A DNA stretch of 63,382 nucleotides, counting the filler, from Octopus bimaculoides (taxonomy: Eukaryota): NCBI RefSeq assembly GCF_001194135.2. It is 8 parts of 8 records of this genome, joined end to end, with 100 filler letters (N's around TTAATTAATTAA, not from the genome) between each part and the next. Parts side by side here need not be neighbours in the genome. Positions count along the whole stretch, not along the records: positions 43,418 to 52,989 come from NC_068998.1; positions 53,090 to 63,382 come from NC_069001.1; 6 more parts are not named here. One strand, written 5' to 3'. The translations under genes and the position numbers were made by a program. Under the pieces are notes generated by a model. It made no database searches. It saw only the letters and a list, made by a program, of their open reading frames with translations, and had not been told where the DNA came from. Shown one piece after another: positions 47,014 to 60,103 of the stretch (position 1 is its first letter; each line of letters begins with the position of its first letter).

Positions 47014-48783
47014 CACTGGTCAACACACTTTTGCTGACTTCGGTTGTGTGGTTGTTTTTAGTTAATTTTGAGATGCTAATTTCAAATATGGCATCCATTT
47101 TACCCTAACACATCAGGTTTTCATTCTAAAGCAGACTACTATTGTATGATGTACTGTATAAATTATTTACTTGGTCAGGATAGTTTACTAAGTCTTATAG
47201 CTTCAAACCATAATTTATAATGTCAATAGAATATGAAATGTAAGACAGCATCACCTTTTACTAAAAACATACTGTTAATTTTCTAATATGATGGATAGAA
47301 CACAAACCATCGTGCATATGCCTTCAAATTTCCGCTTGCGAGAATATGTGGAGTATTTCATGTCTACACAATCTCTTTGAATACTCCAACAATAGTTTGC
47401 CAACAAGTGTGTGTTCTATCGACCTTGATATCTCTCCTCCATAATCTTGATTGCTTGATAAAAATGCTCACCATGCTCATCGCTCACGTCTCCGATATTA
47501 GCAGGAAATTCATCGAGATGGCTATTAAGAAAATGAAGCTTTATGCTCATGTTGCAGCCTAAAAGATGAAAGTTATCAAGTAATGTCTCCATCCAATCCT
47601 TGTAGTTTGCAGCCCTTTCATTCCTCAAAAATCCTTTCACAACAGCCACAGATGAATCCCATGCTCTTTTTTGTATGTTAGCCATCAAGCTCCAAATCCT
47701 GGCATTTCGTTAACTTTCTGATTTGTGGCCCTTCAAAAACACCACTATTTTATCATAACTTAGGCCAGGAAATGTTGTACATAAGAATTTGAAACAGTTA
47801 TCCTCCGCATTAAAAGCTTTGGCAAATTGCTTCATTAGCCCTAGTTTAATATGAAGGGGTGAGAAGATGATTTTCTCTCGCTCAACAAGTGGTTGGTGTA
47901 TGATATTCTTCTCCCCAACAGTCAGACTTTTTCTAACTGGCCAGAGTTTCTGTTCCAGATGTTTGTCTCTCGCTCGGCTATCCCATAAACACAGGAAACA
48001 CGGATATTTTGTATACCTTCCTTGTTGGTCAAGTAAAAGGTTGACCATTTTTAGATCCACACATATGACCCACTTGTGTTCATCATACTTAAGTAAATCT
48101 AATACAACTTTCATGTAATCCTAATTCTCTTTTAAATGTACAGAGTGACCAATAAGAATCGCACTAATTATGTTTCCACCATAGAGTAATACACATTTTA
48201 GACTCTTCCTTGAACTATCTATAAAGAGTGTTCATTCACTAGGATCATACTGTTCAACACCCATCATGTTTAACAGTCCCACTACGTCACAACAGTAAAA
48301 TCCTTTCCAGTTGTAAAGAATGTTAAGAGATCTTTTTCCTTTCCTTGATAAATAGTCAAGTTTGTTTCTTTCTGCAACAAATTCTTCTCTTTAAGCCTAG
48401 AAGCTTAGTTGTTTCCTTGTGTTTTTTGTTCATCGGCATAGATTTTCGACATAGGGTTTCCATACATTGTGGGCCCACACTTTATCCTGATCACCAACTT
48501 TAATCTTTAAGTAAGCTAAGTAGGATCTTTTCAGAATGTCACTAACGTTCATTCCTTGACTTGGTATGTAAAACACCCACATATACAACAAAAAGAATCA
48601 GCGGAATTCAAACATTTCGAGCATGGAGTTACGTGTGGGGCCAATATGAGCTATCCCATAGAAGAAAAAAACTAGACGTGATAGAAAAAGACTAATGCCA
48701 TTTTTATACTCAGTGACCCCAAATTACCCCAAAACAGGTCTAACTTAGGTCAGTAGAAAAAAAGTTAGAATTTGCCGCCAGTG
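47014..48783 (-). mobile_element. Decayed Chapaev3-type (CMC superfamily) DNA transposon
   Basis: CACTGG termini on both ends; CLNSADSF/CYICG, GDQDKVWA, YTKYPCFLCLWDSRAR, PLHIKLGLMKQF and GCNMSIKLHFLNSHLD.FP.NIGDVSDEHGE.F.Q.IK.MEERYQGR. No matching TSD seen. Confidence 0.85.
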
Positions 48784-49059
48784 GTTTCCCACAAAAAATA
48801 AAATTCTTGTCTAACACTAAGCTTAGGAACTATCTAGCTCAATTAAATCCTAATTCCACGCAATACAAAACCACAAATATAACATTCCCTGCTATATATA
48901 GGAGCACTCCACCCCGAATCGTAACACATCCAACCGCTTCTCCCACACCCCACAAAAACGCATACAAAATGTAATCCTCCAGGTAGAATTGCATTCCTAA
49001 TACCCACCAGGAATATATATTCCGTTTGTGTCTGCTTTGAGGTGGTGAGTTCTGTATAT

Positions 49060-50795
49060 CACAAGAACAATTGTAACCTTTGAGTTCCACAATCTCTTCA
49101 TCTTCTTGGTCAGGTCATGATGTTTCCCAATGACCTCAGTTTCCCTGATTTCTACTGAACCACCATACGGGATTGCAGTGTCAATTATCTAACGCTAATC
49201 GTCCTTTCTGTCCTCCACGATAATATTTTATCTTTTACTTTGTTGTATGATCAGTCTCAAGGGGGTAGTTCCATGAAATTTTGAAATTATCATTTTCTAT
49301 GAACATTCTCATTCTCATACCACTTTGCCATTCATTTGGCTAACATCTCAATGCAACATTTTACTGACAGAGTCGTAACTGAATTTATACTTTTTGTGCA
49401 ATCTTTCAGCACTCGCTTAGGAAGTCCCTTTTCCACAAATTCTCTGTTTGCTGACTAGGCTGTGTTTTATCGATCCTTATTTAGTTACTTATTTAGGGTT
49501 TCCAACTCTCAGCCACAACTAGCGTTCTTCATTATCGACTTTAAGTGAATTGGTCTTATATTTCTTTCTCCTACAAGCTGCTTGTTCTGACGCTCTATCT
49601 ATTCTTAAAATCTTACACTATTTCAGGATGCCCTCGTCTGTTCTAGCCTAAGGGTCTTCCTCTCTATGCTCAACAAGAGTTTTCAAACCTCAAATCGTGG
49701 CGCTCGTGGTGTCTTCTGCATTTAACAAACCTTTCCCTCCTTCTTGTTAAATAAGACCAGTCGTTACTACTTTAGAATGGTGTACGTATTATGCATTGCA
49801 ATCGGCTTCCTAGTTCATGTAACCCTATCCTTGAACACTTTTAAAAAAGAAGTTGAGTAACCTTAGCACTGGAGTGCCCACTTATTGGTTGCCTAAATAT
49901 AATATCTGTTTACATTTATTTCAAGAACAATCTTAAACATTTTCTTGTACACTTTAGAGACTTTCTCATTCTTCAATTACCTTATCATTCTGCTGCATCC
50001 CTAAGTACTTGTATTCTTCGTTCTCTATTAGTGAGCTAACATCTCGTGGTGCTTTTATCTCATAAGATTAGTAGTTCCTAACTTGTTCAGTTTCCACGCT
50101 TCTATTCTACTCAGATCTTGTCTTAAACTCTTCACTTTATTTTGTAGTCTCCTTTTCCACATTTGTTCTTTATTAACCTTTCCCTGTGAGATATCTAATC
50201 TTCTAGTGACTACTACCCCTTCTGCACAGATCAATAAGTTAGTGTCTCCTATAATTTTAGTATCTATCTTACTGATAACAGAATCTACTTTCCTTGTCAT
50301 TTCTAGCAGCTTCCTTCTGTTGGTACCTTTCAATGCTGGCAATCTTTTTCTTACCTCTTTACTCATTACCTCCTGCAACTTATCTAAAATCTTCTGATCT
50401 TCCTCACTTACATCACTTACGTCGCTGGTGCCAGTCGTCCCTTCCTTATTGGTAGCACTATTATTATTTTTTCCTTTAGATTCTTCTTTGGTTTGAGCTG
50501 TATCTCTTATATTGCTGTTTGTATTTCCTAATGCCTGGTTTTTCTTTTCCATTTCACTTGTGATCTCATCTACCTCCAATACTCTCATCCACTTTCTTCT
50601 CCTAATAGCATTAGCTTGATCTACTAATCTCTTCTCATTCACTTTAAATATACCCTTCTCTACCCAAAGTGTTAACATCCATTTTCTATAGCCCCTTCTT
50701 TTATGTTCACTTTCTAAGTAGCACTGCATCACTATCCTGTTTTCTTTTCTAGTCCACTTCCTCCTCCTTACTCTATTATCTGCTGATGCTGTGTT
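49060..50795 (-). mobile_element. Internally deleted R4/Dong-clade LINE
   Basis: RRKWTRKENRIVMQCYLES..GYRKWML..VNEKRLVDQANAI; MWKRRLQNKVKSLRQDLSRI; EYKYLG; RLE remnants (KWYE, IIDTAIP, RLWNSK). Confidence 0.85.
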
Positions 50796-50806
50796 AGGAT
50801 AACATA

Positions 50807-50842
50807 ATATTAATAATAATAATAACAACAACAACAACAATA

Positions 50843-50877
<35 letters not shown>

Positions 50878-50916
50878 AATAATAACTGATAACAACAACA
50901 ACAACAACAACAATAC

Positions 50917-50985
<69 letters not shown>

Positions 50986-50995
50986 CAACAACAAT
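50807..50995. repeat. Compound (AAT)/(AAC)/(GAT) microsatellite
   Basis: Visible directly. It explains the poly-N, poly-L and poly-Y ORFs. Confidence 0.95.
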
Positions 50996-51799
50996 ATGAA
51001 TGTGCTACACCAGGCTCTCCATACAAAAACAAACCTAATCTAATAACATGAGATAAAGGAACCCGTGGACGACTTGTAGGAAGCGGCCTTTTAACGAAAA
51101 TAATCACAAAAACGAAATTTTACTGCCATACAAAGTACACTTTCTCCTATGCACGATTTCTCAGTGAAGCATATGCAAAAGACACATACGAAATCAACAT
51201 CAGTAAGTTTATAAATTATAAAATATAAGAGGAACAAAACAGTAAGTACGCACATTGATTAATTACACATACACACGAATGTCTACACAATCATATATAT
51301 ATTTTGATACCCATAGGACTACACATATATCTCAATGTTACGTGGAATTTACAGGACATACATACACGCAAATGAAAGCACCTGTCAGAAACGAAGCAAA
51401 ATAAAAATAATAACACTGCAATTTTTTTCGAACTAACACTGACAGAGTGAACAATTCATAAATTTAAAAACACCGCAAAACCCTATGCCCGGAGATAAAT
51501 CTATCAACAAAATATACAGACGAATACAGATCTGTTAGCCTTAAGAAGCTACGCTACGAGCAATGTTTTCATTCAGAGACCTCGGATGCGGTGTTGTCTC
51601 AAAAAATTAACCCTAAACAGACTGATCCGTCCCCTAATGTCACTGTCCAAGCTCATCATGCCTAAGTGATAACAAAGCAAAATACAAACAGGGTCTGCCG
51701 TCACCCGGATAAACAAGGATCGCGTACCCTATTAAGGAATCAGACTGGATGCGAAAAATCAGCTACGGGTTCAAATCTTCTCAAAACACAGGAACTGGA

Positions 51800-52989
51800 A
51801 GTAACCCACAACCGGAATATTCCAGCAGATGGCTATCCACGCTGGTCATCAAATAGCCAAAAGAAAAAACAAGGAAAAATGGTCATGGGGAGATAATAAA
51901 GAAGTTCTTAAGGCCTTCTATCATGCCATGTATTTCTCCACAAATAAATCTAATGTTGAAAAAACCTACCTAAGCTAGAGACAGAAGCAGCTTGAAGTAA
52001 GACCCTACATAGACAGTAACAAACATGCCAACGTCAGAAGAAACATAATGGAAAAGAAATTACTAACTGAAGTAGAGATTGACCAAATTAAACAATCAGT
52101 AAGAGATAAAGGGAACGAAGTTGCAGCTAAAGAAGATACTACACAGGAAATAATTATAGACCAGCCCAGGTCTGATGAAAATGCAGTAATGATAGAAAAG
52201 GTTAGTGTAAATGATAAGCAAAATACTCTCTAAACCAACCATAAATACCAAGGCAGATGAAAATCAAATAGATGAAGAAACCACACAGAAATTGATCCAA
52301 CAGAACTACATGATCTAAACAATCAAATCATGATTGAATGCCTGAAAATTATAGAAACCAGTATAAATGAACGCGACATTCTTCTAAAAATTCGCAACTC
52401 TAACCAAAACCTTAAAATAATTGGTAAAATCCGCCTTGCATTTAAGGATATAATTTCGGCTAATGATGTAGATATTACAGATCTCAACCACTTCCGCATC
52501 CGCGGAAATCTCAACGATTCTATGTGGTAAAAGTATTAGAAAACAACATTCCCACAAAAAACCTTCTTGGCAAGAATGTATTCAACACCAAATCCAGTTA
52601 GTTAGGTCTGACATAGAATGTTTTAAAAACCTTAAGTTCGACAAGACTATCAAACCTACAAAAATCCGAAAACTAAAGAAAAAATCTAATATGAAAATCA
52701 TACTTGACATTGATACCACCATGGAAACTATCAAGCAAAAGGTATGTGCTAAAGCCGCCCGCATAGCAAGGTATGAAAAACGCGTTAGATTCTTCAAGGA
52801 CAACAACATGTTAAAAAATAACCCCAAGTATTTTTACTGGAAGATAAGAAAAATACCAGTTACAGTAAAGTCTGACCCATCAAAAGAAGACGTGCAAGAA
52901 TTTTGGAATAAAATTTGGGCAGAAGACAAAACACACAATGAAAAGGCTCCTTCGATTGATAGAATATCTACAGACTTAGACTCCTTAGA
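51800..52989 (+). mobile_element. R4/Dong-clade LINE 5' coding fragment
   Basis: KWSWGDNKEVLKAFYHA..NVRRNIMEKKLLTEVEIDQIK; TIKQKVCAKAARIARYEKR..FKDNNMLKNNPKYFY..EDVQEFWNKIW..HNEKAP. Ends at a linker gap. Confidence 0.85.
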
Positions 52990-53089
52990 NNNNNNNNNNN
53001 NNNNNNNNNNNNNNNNNNNNNNNNNNNNNNNNNTTAATTAATTAANNNNNNNNNNNNNNNNNNNNNNNNNNNNNNNNNNNNNNNNNNNN

Positions 53090-53143
<54 letters not shown>

Positions 53144-53602
53144 TAGAGAGAGAGGGGAGAAAGAGAGAGAGAAAGCCATCCATAGAGAAAGAAACAGAGA
53201 GAGATGGGGTAGAGAGAGGGAGAAAGTAACAGAGAAGAGACCGACTGAGAGATAGACAGAAGGGGAGAAAGGAGAGAGAGAGAGAAAGAATGAAAGAGAG
53301 TGAGAGAGAGTAAGAGCTTGCTTGAAATAATGTATTTCGTGATTATTCGGTTTTCAGCTGTTTTTGATAATTTTAAAAAGTATTCTTTTTGAAACCATTT
53401 TGATTTTCAACGTGAAAAGCTATCAATTCCGAACATTTGTTGAAGATGAAGATGGAATCTTTACCAAAGCAATAGATTCATTTTCTGTGAGCGACAAATC
53501 TAGCCATTGTTGTTTGCCTGTTTCTAAGACTTTGTCTTCTCCGACAACTTCCAAACGATTTTATTGTCTTTAACATTAGTGTTTCACAGATCACCGTTGA
53601 AT

Positions 53603-53990
53603 GGAGTCGTTGACGTAGCTGCGTGGTTACGGAGCTCGTTCTGCAGCCCCGTAGATTGGGGTTCAGTGCCTTCTGCTATAGCTCCGAGTCAGCCAAAGCC
53701 TTGTGAGTGGATTTCGAAGACGAAAACTGAGAGAAGCCTGTCTTCTACTATAGCCCCTCGGCGACCAATGATGAATTTGGTTCACGGAAACTGCGTAGAA
53801 ACCCGTCGTATACGTATGCGTGTGTGTGTGTGTGTGTGTGTTTCTTTGCGTTTGTGTTTTCCCCTGCTACTGCTTGACAAACGGTGTTGGTTTGTTTATG
53901 CCCCCGTGACTTAGCGAATCATCACAAGAGAACGATAGAATAAGAACCCGTCTTAAAAATGATAAAAGCACAAAAGTACTGATATCGATT
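53603..53990 (+). mobile_element. Divergent SINE A with a duplicated core segment
   Basis: ttct(g/a)ctatagc...acg(a/g)aaactg occurs twice (about 53690-53740 and 53741-53810) before the (TG)n and the 3' half. Confidence 0.7.
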
Positions 53991-54807
53991 TGTTCAACTA
54001 GTAGTAGTAGTAGTATGTGTGCATGTGTTTAAAAAAATACTACAAACTTCAGTGAACGTGAAAAAAATGTATATGAATTTATGTATATATATATTTTCAA
54101 ATATATATTTATGATTATATATATACACACACATATGTATGTATGTATGTATGTATGTATGGATGGATGTATGTATGTATGTACGTGTGTGTATGTATGT
54201 ATATGAATATACGAATATATGAATATATGAATATATTCACTTTTTCTTTCTTTCTTTCTCTTTTGTTTTTGACGTCATCTGTCAGAGAGACAAGCTAACG
54301 AATAGCGACTGATAACCTCGTACAAAAACCTTCCGACAACATCAAATAGTTTTGTGTTGTCAACATGCATATTCAAAGTTTTTCCTCTTTTTCATTCCCT
54401 CTCTTTTCTTTATTTTATCTATTTATTTATTTATTCTATCTGTTTATTTTTGTAGAGTACATTATATATAAAAGACAAAACTGCCATAGTTACGAAACCG
54501 ATTGTTGGATAATCGGTATCAAAGTCTCTTCGTCTGTTCGCGTCCCCCAACCAAAGCATGTCACTTGTTGAAGCTCAGCCAAGTTCAACCGTGAAATGAT
54601 GGTTGACTGCATTGCGCAATTGAAGACATTTTGAAGGGAAAAAGACAATCAGCTTGTGTAGGGTGTTGTGTAGGGTCGGCAGTAACAGATTTGGGTGTCA
54701 AAGGGTTTGCAAGGGATGTCTTACAGGAAACTACCATACAACTGTTTCAGCGTTAAGGGATCATTTTGCTTCTTGCTTGGTTTGTTCCGGAGATAAATCT
54801 TTTCTCC

Positions 54808-54995
54808 TTTACTTGTTTCAGTCATTTGACTGCGGTCATACTGGGGCACCGACGTGAAGGGTTTTAGTCGAACAAATCAACCCCTAGTACTTATGATGTT
54901 TTTAAGGTCTGAGACGTATTCTGTCGCTCTTCGTTTTCTGCCGACCCGCTAACTTATGCGGATGTAAACAAACCATCACCAGTTGTCAAGTGGTT
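54808..54995 (-). mobile_element. SINE family A, 3' half
   Basis: tttacttgtttcagtcatttgactgcggtcatactggggcacc..ttgtcaag. Confidence 0.8.
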
Positions 54996-55060
54996 GTGAG
55001 GGGTTGCAAACGCAAAGACAAAGGCGTGTACACACACGCTCGCACGCACATACATTTATA

Positions 55061-55593
55061 CAGGGTGCGATGGGTAAATTGTCGCCATTTCATATTTTCA
55101 ATTTCGCGCATGTGCATTGTTTGTTTTTGATTTTGTTGAGTACAAAGTATAGTAAAGGTCAGTTCGACACCGTCTGCAAGAAAAACAGCACCATGACGCA
55201 ATTCACTCTGCCAGAAATTTGGAAACGACATACTGTACTGCTTGGCATTTGCACCAGATACGAACACTTCAGAGTGTTTGGTTGTCAATCTGAGGAGAGT
55301 GCAATCTGAGGACATGTACCGAGAGTGATAAAAATCAAACATCCAGTCAACATCATGGTGTTTGGAGTGATCACTAGTGATGGCGATATTATGCCTCCGA
55401 GAACCCAGCCATGGCTGTCAGACAATTTCTGTGATCACACAACCCCTAACATCTGGCCACCTAACTCTCCAGACTGCAACCCCCTTGATTATTATGTGTG
55501 GGGCGCAGTTGAGGGAGAGACCAACAGAACTCCTTGTAACACCAAAGGTGAACTGAAGACGACTGAAGACGACAGTTTATTCACCGCACCCTG
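55061..55593 (+). mobile_element. DD37D deletion derivative, copy 2 (533 bp)
   Basis: TIRs cagggtgcg(a/g)tg..taaa.tgtcg with TA TSDs; KHPVNIMVFGVITSDG..WPPNSPDCNPLDYYVW. Confidence 0.9.
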
Positions 55594-55595
55594 TA

Positions 55596-56600
55596 CATAC
55601 ATACATACACACATACATACATACATACACACATACATACATACATACATATATATATATGTATATATGTATATATATATATGCATGCGTGTATGTATAT
55701 ATGTATGTATGTATATATATATACACATACATACATATTTATATATGAACATACACATGCACACACGAGTTAGAAAGATAGATAGATAGGTAGACAGACA
55801 GACAAGCAGGCAGACAGATAGACAGATGTGCAAATGAGACAGGCAGAAAAAAGAGGGAGTGTGAGGGAGAGAGATTTAATATGGCGCTGGTTTATCACGA
55901 TCCAAAACGGTGCCTATGCAAATGCATCAGCTGCACATAAGTTGCATCAGTGAAGGTAGATTGCAGCATTGTGCATTTCAAGAAAGACAGCGTCTATCGG
56001 TGTTGCTATGGAAACCTGATTGTTGCACTCATGCTGCAATTGCTGGCAGAGCACGTGACAATACTGCTGCTCCTTTCTGCTTCAGACTTCAAAGACAAAC
56101 GCATACATGCATGCATGCATACATACATACATACATGCGTACATATATACATGTATGCATACATACGTACATACATGCATGCATACATACACATATACAT
56201 ACATGCGTACATATATACATGCATGCATACATACATATATACTTACATACGTACATATATATGTCTGTATGTGTATATATATATATATATATATACACAC
56301 ACATACATATATGTGTATATATATGCATATATATACATACATANNNNNNNNNNNNNNNNNNNNNNNNNNNNNNNNNNNNNNNNNNNNNNNNNNNNNNNNN
56401 NNNNNNNCATACATACATGCATATATATATATATATATACACATGTATATATGCACACATATATATAACATGTATGTATGTATATATACATACATGCATA
56501 TATATATATATATACATGCATATATATATATATCACACACATCCAGATACACAGTCTCACACACATGCTCACATGAAAGTATACCACACATATATACATA
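55596..56600. repeat. Degenerate (TACA)/(TA)/(CA) microsatellite blocks
   Basis: Visible directly, at 55596-55770 and 56100-56600. Confidence 0.9.
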
Positions 56601-58639
56601 GATATTAACAGGGCTAATACACGTAATTACTCTTTTCCATTCCTCCCCTTTCTCTCACTCTCTCTCTATCACAGTGTATCTTTCTCTCTGTATGTCTCTT
56701 ACTCTCTCTCTCTCTCTCTCACTTTCTCTCTCCCTCACTGACATTCATATGAATTCTTATAAAGTACACACAAAATTATAGTCAATCACACGCATACACA
56801 CTATCTCTGTTTCTCTCCCTCTCTCTTATACACACACTCACTTTCTCTCTCTCTCTCTCTCACTCTCTTATACACACACACGTGCACTCTGTCACTCATA
56901 TACACACACCGTGTCTCACACACGCACACACATACACTCTCCCTCTTTCTCTCTTATACACACGCACGCACTTTCTCTCCCCCTCTCTCTTTCTCTTTTT
57001 CACACACACACACACACATACACACACATACTTACACATACACACGCGCGCAGAGTCGTGGTTCAATCTTAGGCGACACCTCAACCAGAAAATTTATCGA
57101 AAAACCATTCCAACCGCGACTTCCCTGTGTTTCTCTAGCAAGGTCTGCATTATTAAATAGGACTTCCCCTTTTTTTAAAAGACGGGTGTAAATTTAGAGT
57201 GTTTAGCTGCTATCTTTAGCAAGCCGAGTGGGCAGAACTATTTCGTCTGGCAGATTAAGAATTCTCGCTATTGTGAAATATTATTGCCAGTTTTATTTAA
57301 CCCTAGGTCAACTCCAAGCTTGTGATCCAACGCAATCGAACCATGAACACTCCGTCATTTTAGGAATATCTTCTCTCTTTTATTGGTCTGTGGCCATGCT
57401 GGGGCACTATATTGAAAGGTTTGGTCGAACAAGTCTATCACAGGACTTATTTATATTTTTTTGGTGGGGTGGGGTGTCTGAATTGAGCCTAAGACCCTGT
57501 TCAGAGATGTGGGCCTCACTGGAGACACCCAAAGAACTACTCGTAGTCTTCGTTGTAATCGTCTGTCACGTATTGCAGCCTTGACGCTGTTCACAGAGCA
57601 TTGAGCAGCAGTCATGATGTCGGCATTCTGTTACTCGGCTCCAATCATCAGGATACAGGTCACTCTTCCAATAGTCAAATGGCCTCCAGTTCTCCACATC
57701 AGCTGACCTTTTTTTTTTTTGAACGGCTAACNNNNNNNNNNNNNNNNNNNNNNNNNNNNNNNNNNNNNNNNNNNNNNNNNNNNNNNNNNNNNNNNNNNNN
57801 NNNNNNNNNNNNNNNNNNNNNNNNNNNNNNNNNNNNNNNNNNNNNNNNNNNNNNNNNNNNNNNNNNNNNNNNNNNNNNNNNNNNNNNNNNNNNNNNNNNN
57901 NNNNNNNNNNNNNNNNNNNNNNNNNNNNNNNNNNNNNNNNNNNNNNNNNNNNNNNNNNNNNNNNNNNNNNNNNNNNNNNNNNNNNNNNNNNNNNNNNNNN
58001 NNNNNNNNNNNNNNNNNNNNNNNNNNNNNNNNNNNNNNNNNNNNNNNNNNNNNNNNNNNNNNNNNNNNNNNNNNNNNNNNNNNNNNNNNNNNNNNNNNNN
58101 NNNNNNNNNNNNNNNNNNNNNNNNNNNNNNNNNNNNNNNNNNNNNNNNNNNNNNNNNNNNNNNNNNNNNNNNNNNNNNNNNNNNNNNNNNNNNNNNNNNN
58201 NNNNNNNNNNNNNNNNNNNNNNNNNNNNNNNNNNNNNNNNNNNNNNNNNNNNNNNNNNGGGCCCATGAGCCTGGCTAGGCTTTAAAAGGGCGCATAAATA
58301 AATAAATTTCGGAGATGCATTTGCCAGGTATGTGGTTTCATCTGAGACCGTGTGTTGAGACTAAAACAATTACAGCGTAGAAGACATATACTAGCAATTC
58401 AAAAACATACAAAGACTGTTAACTTTACTTAAACATTTATTATATCGCATCAAAAGTTTCATCGCACCAACTGCAACCTGGTCACTGATAAGATTTAATC
58501 TCAACTCAATGTGTTTTTGAATCACTAATGTATATCTCCTACGCTGTTATTATTTTAACTTCAACATTCAGTCTCCGATAAAAACCACTGGCCAGGCAAG
58601 TACCTGCCACAGTTCTAACACATCTAGCTGGTTGCTTCA

Positions 58640-58890
58640 TTCAGAAACCGGAAGTTGCCGTCAGCAACGCAGAGAAAAGGAATGTAACAAAATATTAGTC
58701 ATTAAAGAACTGGTTCGTTTACGCTTCGATCGCTGTCGAGACCTGTGCTATCATGGACACCCGAATAGTGGCTCTCCCCTCCGTCAAATTGTGCTGAACG
58801 TGTCGTATCTGAATAAAATATGGCTGCTGCAGTAGAGATCGTTGGCTGTTCATCGCAACAACATATCCGCCATTTTCTTCGCTAGAACGT
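58640..58890. promoter_or_regulatory. Locally CpG-rich unique segment (possible promoter or exon)
   Basis: Many CpGs, CCGGAAGT at 58648, AAAATGGCGG on the minus strand at 58867-76. Function is inferred. Confidence 0.25.
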
Positions 58891-59056
58891 AAATGATATA
58901 AACTATTCAAAAGACTGAGTTTAGCTTGTTTTTGTTTTTTTTCTTTGCTTTTGGGATTTATTTATTTATTTAGCTTTTCATCCGTATTGAATAAAATACA
59001 ATTAATAAGGTTAAAGTGGAACGCAGTTGTGTTTTTAATTAAATCTATTTCTACTC

Positions 59057-59097
<41 letters not shown>

Positions 59098-59371
59098 CAT
59101 TTATCTATCTAGCTATCGATTCTATGTCTGTCTGCCTGTCTGTCTGTCTCTCTCTCTCTCTCTCCCTTCCTATCTCTGTGTAAATATTTACGCATTTGTG
59201 TGTGTGTTTGTGTAAATATTTAAATATATAAATATGTATGAATGTATGCATGTGTGTGTGTTGTTTATACACCCATCTGCGTCTTTTGTTTTTTTGTAAA
59301 TTCTCACTATACACATATATATATATTTATATATATATATAATTCTCACTATACACACACACACACATATA

Positions 59372-59404
<33 letters not shown>

Positions 59405-59406
<2 letters not shown>

Positions 59407-59548
59407 CGGGCTTCTTTCAGTTTCTGCCTACCAAATCCACTCACAAGGCTTCGGTCAGCCGAGGCTATAGTAGAAGACACTTACCCAAGGTGCCACGCAG
59501 TGGAACTGAACCCGGAACCATGTGGTTGGGAAGCAAGCTACCTACCAC
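59405..59548 (-). mobile_element. SINE family A, 5' half
   Basis: Reverse complement of head and core. Confidence 0.85.
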
Positions 59549-59558
59549 GCATCAACAG

Positions 59559-59608
<50 letters not shown>

Positions 59609-59961
59609 CTATATATATATACCTTTAGAGAAGGAGAGGAGGGGGTTATAAATAGATAGCGAGTTAAAAAGATAACTAGCTAAATAATATTCCAGGGGTG
59701 TGATATGTTCAAATGATGTTGTGTCTGGCCATTTTCAGAATAAGATATTGAAACATATGTTTGAGAGTGAATAAAATATTTAATCTGTAGCTGTTAGTTC
59801 GACAAAATATATGCTGTTTCCCCTATGGTTTTTCGGGAGCTTAAGAACAATATTTGGAGGAGCGAAACAAAATATATTTTGTCGGACTGACTATAAGAAA
59901 TTAAATATTTCAGATAGCTAAATAGATATATCTATGTTTATAGATAAACACATAGACAGGC

Positions 59962-59996
<35 letters not shown>

Positions 59997-60065
59997 TAGA
60001 TAGGTAGGTAGGCAAATAGATAGACGAAGCGAAAGCGAGAAATAGCGATAGATAGACAGACAGAT

Positions 60066-60103
<38 letters not shown>

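Noticed and set aside
6326-53045. TTAATTAATTAA recurring at 6326, 10058, 18960, 23182, 36164, 43362 and 53034
   Set aside because: It is always centred in a 100-bp N block (44 N + 12 + 44 N) and has stops in all six frames. This is an assembly gap linker, not biology.
53358-54800. Protein-looking stretches near AG acceptors (53358-53573, 54280-54370, 54455-54800)
   Set aside because: Frames contain stops, there is no consistent donor/acceptor chain and no recognisable family. They cannot be called exons without RNA data.
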